NCBI GenBank assembly: GCA_026419545.1 | Contig: JANZZE010000001.1 | Coordinates: forward strand, 904 to 64,903 | Length of the DNA: 64,000 bases | Source of the DNA: Acidimicrobiales bacterium | GTDB taxonomy: Bacteria; Actinomycetota; Acidimicrobiia; Acidimicrobiales; Acidimicrobilacustridaceae | Direction: 5' to 3' | In this document: one piece after another, positions 53,571-63,910 of the stretch | Layout: each line of letters begins with the position of its first letter | Position numbering within the stretch: position 1 is the stretch's first letter | Translations under genes and position numbers: made by a program | The notes under the pieces: generated by a model | Databases searched by the model: none | What the model was told of the DNA's origin: nothing | The model's input: only the letters and a program-made list of their open reading frames with translations

Positions 53571-54761
53571 ATGACCGCCACTCGTGTTGCCCTGGCGGGT
53601 TCCACCGGCTCGATAGGTACCCAGACGATCGACGTCGTCACAGCCGAGCCGGACCGCTACGAGCTGACCGCGCTGGGTGCGAGCGGTCGTCAGCCTGACC
53701 TGATCGCCGAACAGGCTCGACGCGTGCAACCGAAAGTCCTGGCACTCGATGATCCGACTCATGCGGACAGGCTTGCCCGCGAGTTGCCGGCAGTAGAAGT
53801 GAGGGCTGGGCCGGGCGCGCTCGAGAGCCTGGCTGAGGAAGCCGACGTCGTCGTAAACGGTGTGGTCGGGTTCGCTGGCTTACCGGTGACTCTCGCAACG
53901 TTGCAGGCAGGCAGACGACTGGCGCTGGCCAACAAGGAATCACTCATCGCCGCCGGTCCGGTCGTACAGCGCGCTCGCAGGACACCAGGCGCCGAACTCG
54001 TGCCCGTCGACAGCGAGCATTGCGCGCTTCACCAGTGCCTTCGGGCCAACGACGTGCCTTCCCGGGTTGCGAAATTGGTGCTTACCGCCAGTGGCGGGCC
54101 GTTCCGTGGGCGTACCCGAGATCAACTCGCCTCGGTGACCGTCGAGGACGCGCTGGCACATCCAACGTGGTCGATGGGTCCGAAGATCACCGTCGATTCT
54201 TCGACCCTCATGAACAAGGGTCTTGAAGTGATCGAAGCCCACGAGTTGTTCGGCGTACCTGCCGGTGATGCGGGTTGGGGGATCACCTTCGATCAGATCG
54301 AGGTCGTGGTGCACCCGCAGTCGATCGTCCATTCGATGGTCGAGTTCTCCGATGGGGCCACGATCGCGCAGCTCTCGCTGCCCGACATGCGCCTCCCGAT
54401 CTCGTATGCCTTGGCCTATCCAGACCGGAGTGCGGTGCCCTTCGGGAGGATCGACTGGAGCCAACTCGGGCGGCTCGATTTCGAGCCGCCGGATTACGTG
54501 GCTTTCCCGTGCCTGGCGCTGGCATATGACGCGGGACGTGCTGGGCAGACGGCTCCAGCTTGGCTCAACGCGGCGAATGAGGTCGCGGTGGCCGCTTTTC
54601 TCGACGGACTCATATCGTGGACACAGATCGCCGACGTGTTGAAGGCGACACTAGATCGATACGACGGAACCATCGCCTCGGATCTCGGCGTTGTGATAGA
54701 TGCCGACCAACGGGCTCGTGCCGAGGCCCGCGCCCTCATCGAGAGGATGTATGTGGAGTGA
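53571..54761 (+). CDS. dxr: 1-deoxy-D-xylulose 5-phosphate reductoisomerase
   Basis: The ATG gives MTATRVALAGSTGSIGTQTIDVV (NADPH-binding GSTGSIG). LANKESL and the SEH motif (DSEHCALHQ) are present. Confidence 0.93.
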   Translation: MTATRVALAGSTGSIGTQTIDVVTAEPDRYELTALGASGRQPDLIAEQARRVQPKVLALDDPTHADRLARELPAVEVRAGPGALESLAEEADVVVNGVVGFAGLPVTLATLQAGRRLALANKESLIAAGPVVQRARRTPGAELVPVDSEHCALHQCLRANDVPSRVAKLVLTASGGPFRGRTRDQLASVTVEDALAHPTWSMGPKITVDSSTLMNKGLEVIEAHELFGVPAGDAGWGITFDQIEVVVHPQSIVHSMVEFSDGATIAQLSLPDMRLPISYALAYPDRSAVPFGRIDWSQLGRLDFEPPDYVAFPCLALAYDAGRAGQTAPAWLNAANEVAVAAFLDGLISWTQIADVLKATLDRYDGTIASDLGVVIDADQRARAEARALIERMYVE

Positions 54762-56398
54762 GTGACGCCTTGCCAACGGACGGGGATTGTGCCGAGACGG
54801 CTCGTGCCACCTGGCCTGCGACCTCTACCGATACCGCGGTGTCTGCCCCACATGGCGTCCAGCGCCAGGGCGACGATGGCCAGCAGCCGACGGGATTGAG
54901 TCTCGGTGAGCGAGCGGCTCGCTGGGGAGCGCAGGAGCCTCCGGGGACAGTCACGAGCTGGTTTGGCCTCGTCGGCGTCGTCTGCGCAGTCGTCGCGCTC
55001 GGGATCTTCGTCAGTTGGCCGATGGTCATCTTCATCCTCGCCATCGTGTTCTCGGTCTTCTTACACGAATTGGGCCACTTCCTCACGGCCAAACGAGCCG
55101 GGATGAAGGTCACCGAATTCTTCATCGGGTTCGGCCCGCGCATCTGGTCGTTCAGGCGGGGAGAGACCGAGTACGGCCTGAAGGTGCTGCCAGCGGGGGC
55201 CTACGTTCGGATCATCGGCATGCACAATCTCGAAGTCGTTCCCGAGTCGGACGAAGCGAGGACCTATCGGGTCAAGCCATATCGGCACCGGCTTTCGGTG
55301 ATCTTGGCCGGTCCAGCGATGAACGTTCTGTTGGGTTTCGTGATCCTCGTCGCGGTGTTTGCAACATTTGGTCGTTCGGATCCCAGGATATGGCCGGTCG
55401 GGGTCGTGGCTGAGGGTAGCTCGGCCGCGTTGGCTGGCATCCAGCCGGGGGACCGCATTCTCAGCGTCGACGGCGAACCCGTAGGCGAGTTCCGGGAGTT
55501 CAAGAATGTGCTGGACGACAAGGCCGGCCGAGACGTCACCGTTGAACTCCTCCGTGATGGTCAGGTGCTGACTGTGCCGGCTCATCTGGGGTGGAAGCTT
55601 GACGCAACTGCCGCACAGTTGATCCCGCCGCTACGTGCCGGCGACGTGATCCTCGAAGTCGGTGGCCATCGTCCACAGTCGTATGAGGAGTTCGCCCGTA
55701 TCCTGCGTGAGTCCGAGGGTACGGTCCCCGTGCGGATCGAACGCGGGCTCCGGCAGTATGAGGTGGACGGCGGGCTTCGGGTGCCAGTGGTGTTACCGGA
55801 GGATGGTGCTGCCGGGTTCTTCGGGGTCAGTGAAGATGAGCCGCTTCGTGTGCGTCAGTCACTGCCCGAGGCGATCGTCGAGGCGGCAAAGGGCGTCGCC
55901 CGGATTGGTGTCGGCTCGGTTGTGGGCATTGTGCAGCTCTTCAGCCCGTCAGGTATGAACAGCTACGCGAACCAGGTCGGCAGTGCGGTCACTGGTGACA
56001 GCGTCCCCCGTACCGATATTCCGGCCGGGCTCGTCGAGGTTGAGACTCCTGACCAATCGCTCGTCCTGTCCGAAACCAGCGACCGACCGATATCGATCAT
56101 CGGAGTTGTCCGGCTCCTCGATCAAATGTTCACCCGGTCTGGTTGGGCTGGTGCTTTGGAGCTACTGGCCATCACCAACGTCTTTCTCGGGCTCATCAAC
56201 TTGCTGCCGCTGCTGCCCTTCGACGGCGGGCACGCAGCGGTGGCGACCTACGAAGCGTTGCGTAGTCGCCGAGGTCGCCCTTATCGGGTCGACATGGCCA
56301 AGCTCATGCCGGTCACCTATGCAGTCGTGCTGCTGCTTGTCATCTTCGGTGTAACGACGATGTTCTTGGACATAGCTCGGCCGGTGAACCTCCCCTGA
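54758..56398 (+). CDS. M50-family site-2 zinc metalloprotease (RseP/Rip1-like) with a PDZ domain
   Basis: HELGH in the first TM region, a PDZ segment (GSSAALAGIQPGDRILSVDG) and NLLPLLPFDGG. The start is uncertain. The GTG at 54758 overlaps the dxr stop, and a start nearer the HELGH helix is possible. Confidence 0.85.
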   Translation: MSDALPTDGDCAETARATWPATSTDTAVSAPHGVQRQGDDGQQPTGLSLGERAARWGAQEPPGTVTSWFGLVGVVCAVVALGIFVSWPMVIFILAIVFSVFLHELGHFLTAKRAGMKVTEFFIGFGPRIWSFRRGETEYGLKVLPAGAYVRIIGMHNLEVVPESDEARTYRVKPYRHRLSVILAGPAMNVLLGFVILVAVFATFGRSDPRIWPVGVVAEGSSAALAGIQPGDRILSVDGEPVGEFREFKNVLDDKAGRDVTVELLRDGQVLTVPAHLGWKLDATAAQLIPPLRAGDVILEVGGHRPQSYEEFARILRESEGTVPVRIERGLRQYEVDGGLRVPVVLPEDGAAGFFGVSEDEPLRVRQSLPEAIVEAAKGVARIGVGSVVGIVQLFSPSGMNSYANQVGSAVTGDSVPRTDIPAGLVEVETPDQSLVLSETSDRPISIIGVVRLLDQMFTRSGWAGALELLAITNVFLGLINLLPLLPFDGGHAAVATYEALRSRRGRPYRVDMAKLMPVTYAVVLLLVIFGVTTMFLDIARPVNLP

Positions 56399-56462
56399 GC
56401 ACCGGTGCGGCTGGCTTGAGATTTCCGGGCCGAGCAGTGCTGAGGGCATCATCGGTACGGTC

Positions 56463-57740
56463 TTGTGGGGTCGTTCTGCCAGACTGAAGGCCGTGGAGTT
56501 CGAGTCATCTGGACGTTATGCCCGCCGCCTGACCCGCCAGATCATGGTTGGGACGGTCGCGGTCGGTGGTGGCGCACCGATCAGCGTGCAGTCCATGACA
56601 ACGACCAAGACCGCTGACGTCGAAGGCACGCTGGCTCAGATCTATGCGCTCGCGGCAGCAGGCGCTGACATCGTCCGGTGTACGTGCAACGAACTCGAAG
56701 CTGCCGAGGGCCTCGCCCAGATCGTGCCCCGCTCGCCGGTGCCGATCGTCGCCGACATTCATCACCAGTACAAGATGGCCCTCGCCGCACTCGAGGCTGG
56801 GGTCCACTGCCTCCGCTTGAATCCAGGGAACATCCGACGACCAGAGCACATAAAGGCGGTGGCCTCTGCCTGTAAGGACCGCGGGGTGCCAATCCGCATC
56901 GGCGTAAACGGCGGCTCGCTCGACGAGAAGCTGTATGAGAAATACGGGGGGCGGGTGACGCCTGAGGCGATGGTGGAGTCGGCCCGCATCGAGATGGCCT
57001 ACTTCCGCGAAGTCGGCTTTGAAGACGTGAAGGTCTCGGTGAAGGCGTCGAACGTGCCGCTCATGGTCGAGGCCTACCGGATGCTCGCAGACGACGACTT
57101 CTTCCGCGATGACCAGGGTCGATCAGTGCCTTTGCACGTGGGAGTTACCGAAGCAGGCCCGTTGCCGACTGGGCTCCTGAAGGCGACTGCCGGGATCGCA
57201 ACGCTGCTGCTTGAAGGCATCGGCGACACCATTCGCTATTCACTGACATCGGATCCCGTCGAAGAGGCCAAAGCCGGTCGTCAACTCCTCGAGGTCCTCG
57301 GTCTCAGGGAGCGGAAAGGCCTCGACCTGATCGCGTGCCCATCGTGTGGTCGGGCCGAGGTCGATGTGATCGGACTTGCTGAGGAGGCGCAGCGAGCGCT
57401 CGGAGAACTGAACATCCCGATCCAGGTTGCAGTCATGGGCTGCGTGGTGAACGGGCCAGGTGAGGCCCGTGATGCCGATCTCGGCATCGCTGCTGGTCGG
57501 CGCCGCGGACACCTGTTCGTCAAGGGGAAGGTGGTGCGGGTCGTGCCGGAGGACGAAATGGTCGAGGCCCTGGTCGAATGGGGCAAGATCATCCACTCCG
57601 AAGGCGTGGAGGAGGCGTTGCGGCGAGCTGACCACGGGGCGGCGGAAGAAGCGGCGCGCGATCGCGCTGCGCTGCTCGACGCGCAGGGTGCTGACGCCAA
57701 TCAGGTTGGCCAGCGTATCGAGGTCATCCGCCGTCTCTGA
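56463..57740 (+). CDS. ispG: 4-hydroxy-3-methylbut-2-en-1-yl diphosphate synthase
   Basis: RRLTRQIMVGTVAVGGGAPISVQSMTTT and the cluster cysteines in IACPSCGR. Either the TTG at 56463 or the GTG at 56493 is a possible start. Confidence 0.92.
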   Translation: MWGRSARLKAVEFESSGRYARRLTRQIMVGTVAVGGGAPISVQSMTTTKTADVEGTLAQIYALAAAGADIVRCTCNELEAAEGLAQIVPRSPVPIVADIHHQYKMALAALEAGVHCLRLNPGNIRRPEHIKAVASACKDRGVPIRIGVNGGSLDEKLYEKYGGRVTPEAMVESARIEMAYFREVGFEDVKVSVKASNVPLMVEAYRMLADDDFFRDDQGRSVPLHVGVTEAGPLPTGLLKATAGIATLLLEGIGDTIRYSLTSDPVEEAKAGRQLLEVLGLRERKGLDLIACPSCGRAEVDVIGLAEEAQRALGELNIPIQVAVMGCVVNGPGEARDADLGIAAGRRRGHLFVKGKVVRVVPEDEMVEALVEWGKIIHSEGVEEALRRADHGAAEEAARDRAALLDAQGADANQVGQRIEVIRRL

Positions 57741-57881
57741 GGCAGCGGATCCCGAGCCCTTCTCATGATGCTGGTCGCAAGTGGGTCGGTTGGTCGGTGA
57801 TTTTGGACGCCGGCCGCTGCCCGGGATTGGACCGCAGTGGTTATACTTGTGCTTGCAATCCGTTCGAGCGTTTCGAAGGAA

Positions 57882-57910
57882 GGCGTGGCTTTGCCCACGC
57901 CTTTCGTTTC
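57882..57910 (+). terminator. Intrinsic-terminator-like hairpin after ispG
   Basis: ggcgtgg ctttgc ccacgcc followed by tttcgtttc (T-rich). It lies about 140 nt after the ispG stop and before rimP. Confidence 0.5.
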
Positions 57911-57965
57911 GTACGGCCGAGAACCCCTGTAACCAGCATGAAAGACGATGAAAGGAGGCGAGACG

Positions 57966-58481
57966 ATGGCGACCGTGTGTGAACGGGTCCAGGCCCTCGT
58001 TGAGCCGATCGTCGCCGAGCTGGGATTGGAATTGTTCGACGTCGAGCATGCTGGTGGTGTGCTCAAGATCAGCGTCGACCGGCCTGGCGGCGTTGACCTC
58101 GATGCCCTTGCCGTCGCGACGCGGCGTATCTCGCGTGCACTCGACCAGGCCGATCCCATCCCTGGTCGCTACACGCTGGAGGTGTCGAGCCCGGGGTTGG
58201 AACGCAACCTCCGCCTGCCGGCCCACTTCGCTTGGGCCCGGGGCAAGCAGGTAGCGGTCAAGACAGTCGCCGGTTTCGCTGGTGAGCGCCGGATGCGAGG
58301 GGTGATCGGTGATTCCGATCAGGACGGTTTCGAATTGATTATCGAAGGTGCCGACGTGCTCCGTCTGTCATACGACGACGTGGAACGGGTGCGAACAGTG
58401 TTCGAGTGGGGGGCGCAGCAGACTCCCGGGACAGCCGGACGCGAGGTGTCGGCTCACGGCAAGAAGGCAAAGGCATCATGA
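57966..58481 (+). CDS. rimP: Ribosome maturation factor RimP
   Basis: The ATG giving MATVCERVQALVEPIVAELGLELFDVE is preceded by the SD aaaggagg. YTLEVSSPGLERNL is present. Confidence 0.9.
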   Translation: MATVCERVQALVEPIVAELGLELFDVEHAGGVLKISVDRPGGVDLDALAVATRRISRALDQADPIPGRYTLEVSSPGLERNLRLPAHFAWARGKQVAVKTVAGFAGERRMRGVIGDSDQDGFELIIEGADVLRLSYDDVERVRTVFEWGAQQTPGTAGREVSAHGKKAKAS

Positions 58482-59758
58482 ACAACCACGAGTTGATGGA
58501 TGCATTGGCGGCAGTGGCCGCTGACAAAGGGATCTCGGTTGACACCCTGTTGGGTGCGTTGGCTGACGCGCTCGAGACCGCCTACAAGCGAATGCCCGGC
58601 GCTCACGAGTACGCATGGGTCACGATCGATCCCGAAACCGTCGAGTTCCGGGTCATCGCGCAGGAACTCGACGAGGACGGCGAACCCTACGGCCCCGAAT
58701 TCGACGTCACCCCGGAGGACTTCGGCCGGATCGCGGCTCAGACGGCCAAGCAGGTCATGAGCCAGCGCATTCGCGAAGCCGAACGGGAAATGAAATACGA
58801 GGAGTATGCGGGGCGCGAGGGTGACATCGTCACCGGCATCATCCAGCAAAGCGATAGCCGGTACACCTTGCTCGATCTCGGCAGGGTTGAAGCGCTGCTA
58901 CCGCAAGCAGAGCAGGTCCCCTACGAACGCCCCAAGCCAGGTGATCGCGTCAAGGCCTACATCGTCGAGGTCCGCAAGACCGCCAAGGGACCTCAGATCG
59001 TGGTCAGCCGGACTCACCCGGGGCTCATCAAGCGGCTCTTCGAACTCGAAGTACCAGAGATCGCCGACGGCGTCGTTGAGATCAAGGCCTGCGCGCGCGA
59101 ACCCGGCGCCCGAACCAAGATCGCGGTTTGGTCGAACGACGCCAATGTCGACCCGGTCGGCGCTTGTGTCGGGGCGCGCGGCGCTCGGGTACGCATGGTG
59201 GTCACTGAACTCCGAGGCGAAAAGATCGATATCGTGCCGTTCTCGGATGATCCGGCGGACTTCGTGGCCAAGGCGCTGTCGCCGGCCAAGGTCAAGGAGG
59301 TTCGGATCGATGAGGAGACCGGGAATGCCACGGTCGTCGTCCCTGATTACCAGTTGTCACTAGCCATCGGGAAGGAAGGCCAGAACGCCCGTTTGGCGGC
59401 GCGCTTGACCGGATGGCATATCGACATCAAGAGCGAATCCCAGATCGCAGAGGAGGAAGCCTACGGTAGCCAGGAGTGGGCCGAGGGCGAGTGGGTCGTC
59501 GATCCCGAAACCGGTGAGCAGGTCTGGCAGCCCGCCGAAGGTGGTCCGGCGGTTTCTGCTGAGGAATGGACGCAGGCAGCAAATGCAAACGTTGAGGACG
59601 CGACGACGCAGCTCGAAGCGGGCACTCCGGTCGCCGAAGCGGCTGGTCCGAGTCCTGAGGACGAGGCAACTGTGCCCGAAGGGGACGAAGATTCGCTGGC
59701 GGGGGAGCGACCGGACGGCGAGGCTGGAACGTTGCTGATCGAGGAGGCCGGCGACTAG
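58478..59758 (+). CDS. nusA: Transcription termination/antitermination factor NusA
   Basis: MNNHELMDALAAVAADKGIS, an S1 domain and two KH domains (LAIGKEGQNARLAARLTGW). The ATGA overlaps rimP. It has an acidic C-terminal tail. Confidence 0.95.
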   Translation: MNNHELMDALAAVAADKGISVDTLLGALADALETAYKRMPGAHEYAWVTIDPETVEFRVIAQELDEDGEPYGPEFDVTPEDFGRIAAQTAKQVMSQRIREAEREMKYEEYAGREGDIVTGIIQQSDSRYTLLDLGRVEALLPQAEQVPYERPKPGDRVKAYIVEVRKTAKGPQIVVSRTHPGLIKRLFELEVPEIADGVVEIKACAREPGARTKIAVWSNDANVDPVGACVGARGARVRMVVTELRGEKIDIVPFSDDPADFVAKALSPAKVKEVRIDEETGNATVVVPDYQLSLAIGKEGQNARLAARLTGWHIDIKSESQIAEEEAYGSQEWAEGEWVVDPETGEQVWQPAEGGPAVSAEEWTQAANANVEDATTQLEAGTPVAEAAGPSPEDEATVPEGDEDSLAGERPDGEAGTLLIEEAGD

Positions 59759-59977
59759 TTGAACCTGGTGCTGCGACGGCGTGGTCGCCGCACCATACTC
59801 CCGTTCAGGTTCGTCACCGGCGGACCTGGCGCGCGAGGATAGAGAGCCCCGTTTTGGAGCGACGTGCTCCAGGCCCGATTTGGGCACGAGCAGCATAGGT
59901 CCCCGTTCGCGGCGCCAACACGATGGCGCGATCAGCGACCCACCCGAAAGCACACCGAAACAACAGAGAGATAAACG

Positions 59978-62887
59978 TTGGCACAGAACATCCGGGTCTA
60001 CGAACTGGCACGAGAGCTTGGCCTCACGAACAAGGAGTGCCTTGATCTGTGCGCTTCGTTGGGCATCGGAGTCAAGAGCCACTCGTCGAGCATGGTCGAG
60101 GCTCATGCCGACCGGGTCCGGGCGAAAGCGAAGCGTGAGGGACTGATCCGCGACAAGCAGCCCGAGGACCCGAAGAAGTTGGCCAAGAAGGCCACTGGGA
60201 AGTCGACAAAGGCGAGCTCGGCGACCGCGGCTCCTGAAGCGTCGAGCGCGCCCGAGCCGGTGGCCCCTGCCACGGCGGTGGCGTCGACCGGTGCTGCGGC
60301 AGCACCGTCATCTGAGTCTGAGCCGTCCAGCAAGAAAGCGGATGCCGCAGAAAAGGAGCTCACGGCAGTGCCCCTTTCTTCGGAGCTAGCTCCGGCTCAG
60401 CCTGCGGCGAAAGTGCCGGCGGCGCCGACCGAAGAAGGCGCGGGTGTTGCTCGGCCCGCGCCGAAGCCACGACTCGTCACGTCGAGTGGGAGCGAGCACC
60501 CCCCTCGGTCGGCACGGAGCACGGATACCTCGGCCCGTCCAGGCCCGGAGGCTCCTCGGCCAGCGGGGCCCAGAGCACCAAGCGCTCCCGGCCCGGGACA
60601 AGGTCGCCCCGCTGCGGCAACCGCAGGCCCGGCTAGCGCACCTGCCAAGCCACGACCACCGGCAGGACCAGGTATACGTCCAGGCGGCCCGGCCGGGCCC
60701 GGTTCGTTGCCACTGTCACCGTCAGGCAAGCCGATTCCGCCGCCTCCCGGGCCAGTGTCGTCGACCGGGAAGCCAATCCCGCCTCCCCCGGGAATGCGCC
60801 GGAGTGGTGGCCCGGGCGGACGGTCGAGCGCGCCGGTGGCGCCCGGCGCACGACGTAGCTCGATGGGTGGCGGTTCCGCTCGAAGCGGAGGACCAGGGGG
60901 TCGCTCGACGATGGGTGCCCCATTGGCTGCTCCAGGGGGCGGTCCCGGCGGTCCTCCCGGGCGGGGGCGGCCGGGTGGACCAGGGGGCGCGCAACGACGG
61001 CAGCCCCGCCGCAAGAGTCGTCGCCGTCGTACCCGTGACGAGCTGCAGCCGATGGACATGCCCACCTATACGGCGGTCGATGCGCCGGTACCGGAGGGTA
61101 CTGTCGTCATCGAGCGGGCTTCGACACCTCAGGAGCTCGGCCCAAAGCTGAACCGCACCGCAGCTGACGTCGTCCGCTTCTTGATGCAGCAGGGCGAGAT
61201 GGTCACGGCGACGCAGTCGCTCAGCGACGACATGATCGAACTGTTTGCCGCCGAGATCGGTGCTGATATTCGTCTGGTCGATCCGGGTGAGGAGCAGGAA
61301 GTCGAGCTGCTCAAGCTCCTCCAGGTCGATGAAGAGGTCGACGACGAGACCTACGAATCCTGGCCGACCCGACCGCCGGTTATCACCGTCATGGGCCACG
61401 TCGACCACGGTAAGACCAAGCTGCTCGACTACATCCGCAACGCCAACGTGGTAGCGGGTGAGGCTGGCGGGATCACCCAACACATCGGGGCCTACCAGGT
61501 CGAGCGAGAAGGTCAGCTGATCACGTTCATCGACACACCTGGGCACGAGGCGTTCACCGCGATGCGGGCCAGGGGCGCACAGGCCACCGACATCGTCGTC
61601 TTGGTCGTAGCAGCCGACGATGGTGTCATGCCCCAGACGATCGAAGCCCTCAATCACGCTCGCGCTGCCGATGTCCCGATCGTCGTAGCCATCAACAAGA
61701 TCGACAAAGAGAACGCCAACCCTGATCGGGTGATGCAACAGCTGTCGGAGGAGGGTCTGGTCCCTGAGGCATGGGGTGGTGACACGGTGATGGTCCCGCT
61801 GTCTGCGCTCACCGGTGAAGGCGTGGACGATCTCCTCGACAACCTGCTCGTTGTGGCCGAGCTCGAGGATCTGCGGGCGACCCCGGAGGGCCGGGCGCGA
61901 GGGATCGTGCTCGAATCCCACCTGGATATCGGTCGTGGTCCGGTGGCCACCGTTCTCGTGCAACGCGGCACTCTCGGGGTTGGCGATCCGGTGGTCGCTG
62001 GCTCGTCGTGGGGCCGGGTGCGCGCCCTGATCAACGATCGCGGAGAGCAGGTGAAGCAGGCCGGCCCGTCAACGCCCGTCGAGGTCTTGGGTATTTCGGA
62101 AGTGGCCGTTGCGGGTGACCGATTCGTGGTGGCACCCGACGAGAAGACAGCCGCCAAGGTGGCGGCGGCTCGTGAGCATTGGAAACGGCAGGCGGCACTC
62201 GGACGAGAAGCACATGCTGCGGCAGGTGGCGGGGCGAAGCTCGAGGACATCTTCCAGCAGATCCAGGCGGGAGAGACCGCAACCCTGAACCTTGTCGTTA
62301 AGGCCGACGTCACTGGGTCGCTCGAGGCTGTGACCGAGTCACTTCGCAAGCTCGAGCGTGATGACGTAAAGCTCTCGTTCGTGCACCGAGCAGTCGGTGG
62401 CATCACCCAATACGACGTCCAGCTTGCTGCGGCATCGAATGCGACGATCATCGGCTTCAACGTCCGTCCCGATCGCAAGGCCCGAGAGCTCGCCGAGCAG
62501 GAGCACGTCGAGATCCGCACCTACGAGATCATCTACAAGCTGATCGAAGACGTAGAAGCGGCGATGCTCGGAATGCTGGCCCCAGAATTCGAAGAGGTGG
62601 TGACCGGCGAGGCCGAGGTACGCGAGGTGTTCCGCGTGCCCCGGGTGGGTGCGGTCGCCGGGTGCTATGTCACCAACGGCACCATAACCCGAGGCTCGAA
62701 GGTTCGGTTCTTACGAGAAGGAACGGTCATCTGGAAAGGGACGATTTCCTCGCTGCGCCGGTTCAAGGACGACGTCCGTGAAGTCGCCGCCGGTTTCGAG
62801 TGTGGCGTTGGTCTGAGCGATTTCCAGGATTTGAAGCCTGGTGACATCATCGAGACGTACGAGGAACGAGAGATTCCAAGAACCTGA
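59978..62887 (+). CDS. infB: Translation initiation factor IF-2
   Basis: The TTG start gives [17 protein letters not shown] long Pro/Gly/Ala-rich linker carries internal peptide repeats (GKPIPPPPG twice, SGGPGGRS twice). The G domain has [14 protein letters not shown] and NKID. Confidence 0.95.
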   Translation: MAQNIRVYELARELGLTNKECLDLCASLGIGVKSHSSSMVEAHADRVRAKAKREGLIRDKQPEDPKKLAKKATGKSTKASSATAAPEASSAPEPVAPATAVASTGAAAAPSSESEPSSKKADAAEKELTAVPLSSELAPAQPAAKVPAAPTEEGAGVARPAPKPRLVTSSGSEHPPRSARSTDTSARPGPEAPRPAGPRAPSAPGPGQGRPAAATAGPASAPAKPRPPAGPGIRPGGPAGPGSLPLSPSGKPIPPPPGPVSSTGKPIPPPPGMRRSGGPGGRSSAPVAPGARRSSMGGGSARSGGPGGRSTMGAPLAAPGGGPGGPPGRGRPGGPGGAQRRQPRRKSRRRRTRDELQPMDMPTYTAVDAPVPEGTVVIERASTPQELGPKLNRTAADVVRFLMQQGEMVTATQSLSDDMIELFAAEIGADIRLVDPGEEQEVELLKLLQVDEEVDDETYESWPTRPPVITVMGHVDHGKTKLLDYIRNANVVAGEAGGITQHIGAYQVEREGQLITFIDTPGHEAFTAMRARGAQATDIVVLVVAADDGVMPQTIEALNHARAADVPIVVAINKIDKENANPDRVMQQLSEEGLVPEAWGGDTVMVPLSALTGEGVDDLLDNLLVVAELEDLRATPEGRARGIVLESHLDIGRGPVATVLVQRGTLGVGDPVVAGSSWGRVRALINDRGEQVKQAGPSTPVEVLGISEVAVAGDRFVVAPDEKTAAKVAAAREHWKRQAALGREAHAAAGGGAKLEDIFQQIQAGETATLNLVVKADVTGSLEAVTESLRKLERDDVKLSFVHRAVGGITQYDVQLAAASNATIIGFNVRPDRKARELAEQEHVEIRTYEIIYKLIEDVEAAMLGMLAPEFEEVVTGEAEVREVFRVPRVGAVAGCYVTNGTITRGSKVRFLREGTVIWKGTISSLRRFKDDVREVAAGFECGVGLSDFQDLKPGDIIETYEEREIPRT

Positions 62888-62889
62888 CC

Positions 62890-62989
62890 CAGGCTTCGGG
62901 CGGCAGTTCAGTCTCGGTCAGGCTTCTGCCTCAACGACGAGTCGCTCAATCTGTGCATGCAGGCTTCGGGTGGCAGTTCAGTCTCGGTC
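62890..62989. repeat. Two-copy 30-nt direct repeat, one mismatch, offset 70 bp (62890-62919 and 62960-62989)
   Basis: caggcttcggg[c/t]ggcagttcagtctcggtc occurs twice. Copy 1 starts 3 nt after the infB stop. Copy 2 contains the last codons and the stop of the convergent thioredoxin-like gene. Confidence 0.95.
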
Positions 62990-63409
62990 GACCCCCAACG
63001 GGTCTTCGACCGCACCTACGAAGGCTCGCACGGCCTCAGGGCCGACCAGCCGCTCGAGGATCGTGCCGTTGTGGTCGGCCAGGACTGTGGTCGGCGCCCG
63101 TCTCACTTGGTAGAGGCTTGCCACCTCCGGCCGAGCGGTGGCATCCAATTTGGTGACGGCGTGATGCGGAAAGGCCCGCGCCAGGTCGCTTTCGACAAGG
63201 TCGCAAGAAGCACACAACGGCGTGGTGAAGATCAGCCACGTGCAGGGTGCACCGGCAACGAGGAACTCGGTCGGCAGCTGTGGCCAATCAGGCGACGCGG
63301 CCCTGCGGGCGCCGAGTGCCTCGTCGGTAGCGTTGCGTCGCCGGTAGGCCACGGTCAGGCCCGCGATCACAAGGACAAGAGAAACGATGATGAGCATGCG
63401 GGTTGCCAT
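62978..63409 (-). CDS. Membrane-anchored thioredoxin-like protein
   Basis: N-terminal TM helix (MLIIVSLVLVIAGLTV), then a thioredoxin-fold pattern with CASC (CxxC) and RAPTTVL (the cis-Pro region). Confidence 0.7.
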   Translation of the reverse strand: MATRMLIIVSLVLVIAGLTVAYRRRNATDEALGARRAASPDWPQLPTEFLVAGAPCTWLIFTTPLCASCDLVESDLARAFPHHAVTKLDATARPEVASLYQVRRAPTTVLADHNGTILERLVGPEAVRAFVGAVEDPLGVDRD

Positions 63410-63418
63410 TGGTTCGCC

Positions 63419-63910
63419 TCAGGCGACTGAGCGGACGCCCCGTCGGCGGGCGATCCACAGGTAGATCTCGCAGCCCACGCAGAGCCCGGTGACCGCTGCA
63501 AGCGCAGCCAGTGCCGCGACGACGAGCGCTAACACCCAGCCGACGAGCTGGCCCCCGATGACAAAGGAGATGGTTGCCGCTGACAGGAAGACCACGCCGA
63601 CCGATGCGGCGAAGCGCGGCGGCCGAGGGTCCTCGAGTGTCCCAGGTGGGCCGAGTCGGGGTTTGATGAGTTCGCTGTAGAGGCGCAGGAAGGGGCCGTA
63701 CCTGGGCCCGAAGGCAGCCCCGAGAAAGAGAACAACCGCCAACAAGGGAACGACGTACCACCACTGGAACAAGAATCCGATCAGGAGACAGATCGCAACG
63801 ACGGCTTGGTTGAATCGGGGACCGCGCGGATCGACGGGGGCGGGGTGCTCCGCTCGCCTACGTGGGTTGGCGACTGTGCTTTCGCCCTCGGCGGTCGTGT
63901 CGCGCATCAT
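63419..63910 (-). CDS. DUF4395 family membrane protein
   Basis: PRGPRFNQ..V......GF, four hydrophobic helices and a C-terminal GLCVGCEIY (CxxC), which is the typical DUF4395 layout. Confidence 0.7.
   Translation of the reverse strand: MMRDTTAEGESTVANPRRRAEHPAPVDPRGPRFNQAVVAICLLIGFLFQWWYVVPLLAVVLFLGAAFGPRYGPFLRLYSELIKPRLGPPGTLEDPRPPRFAASVGVVFLSAATISFVIGGQLVGWVLALVVAALAALAAVTGLCVGCEIYLWIARRRGVRSVA

Noticed and set aside
59781-60146. 121-aa ORF between nusA and infB as a YlxR candidate.
   Set aside because: It has no RxCxxC motif, its composition is Arg/Ser-rich, and it overlaps the infB start by about 170 nt.
60600-61000. Proline/glycine-rich repeats in infB as an independent repeat element.
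   Set aside because: They are in frame within the IF-2 N-terminal linker, which is characteristically low-complexity in Actinobacteria.
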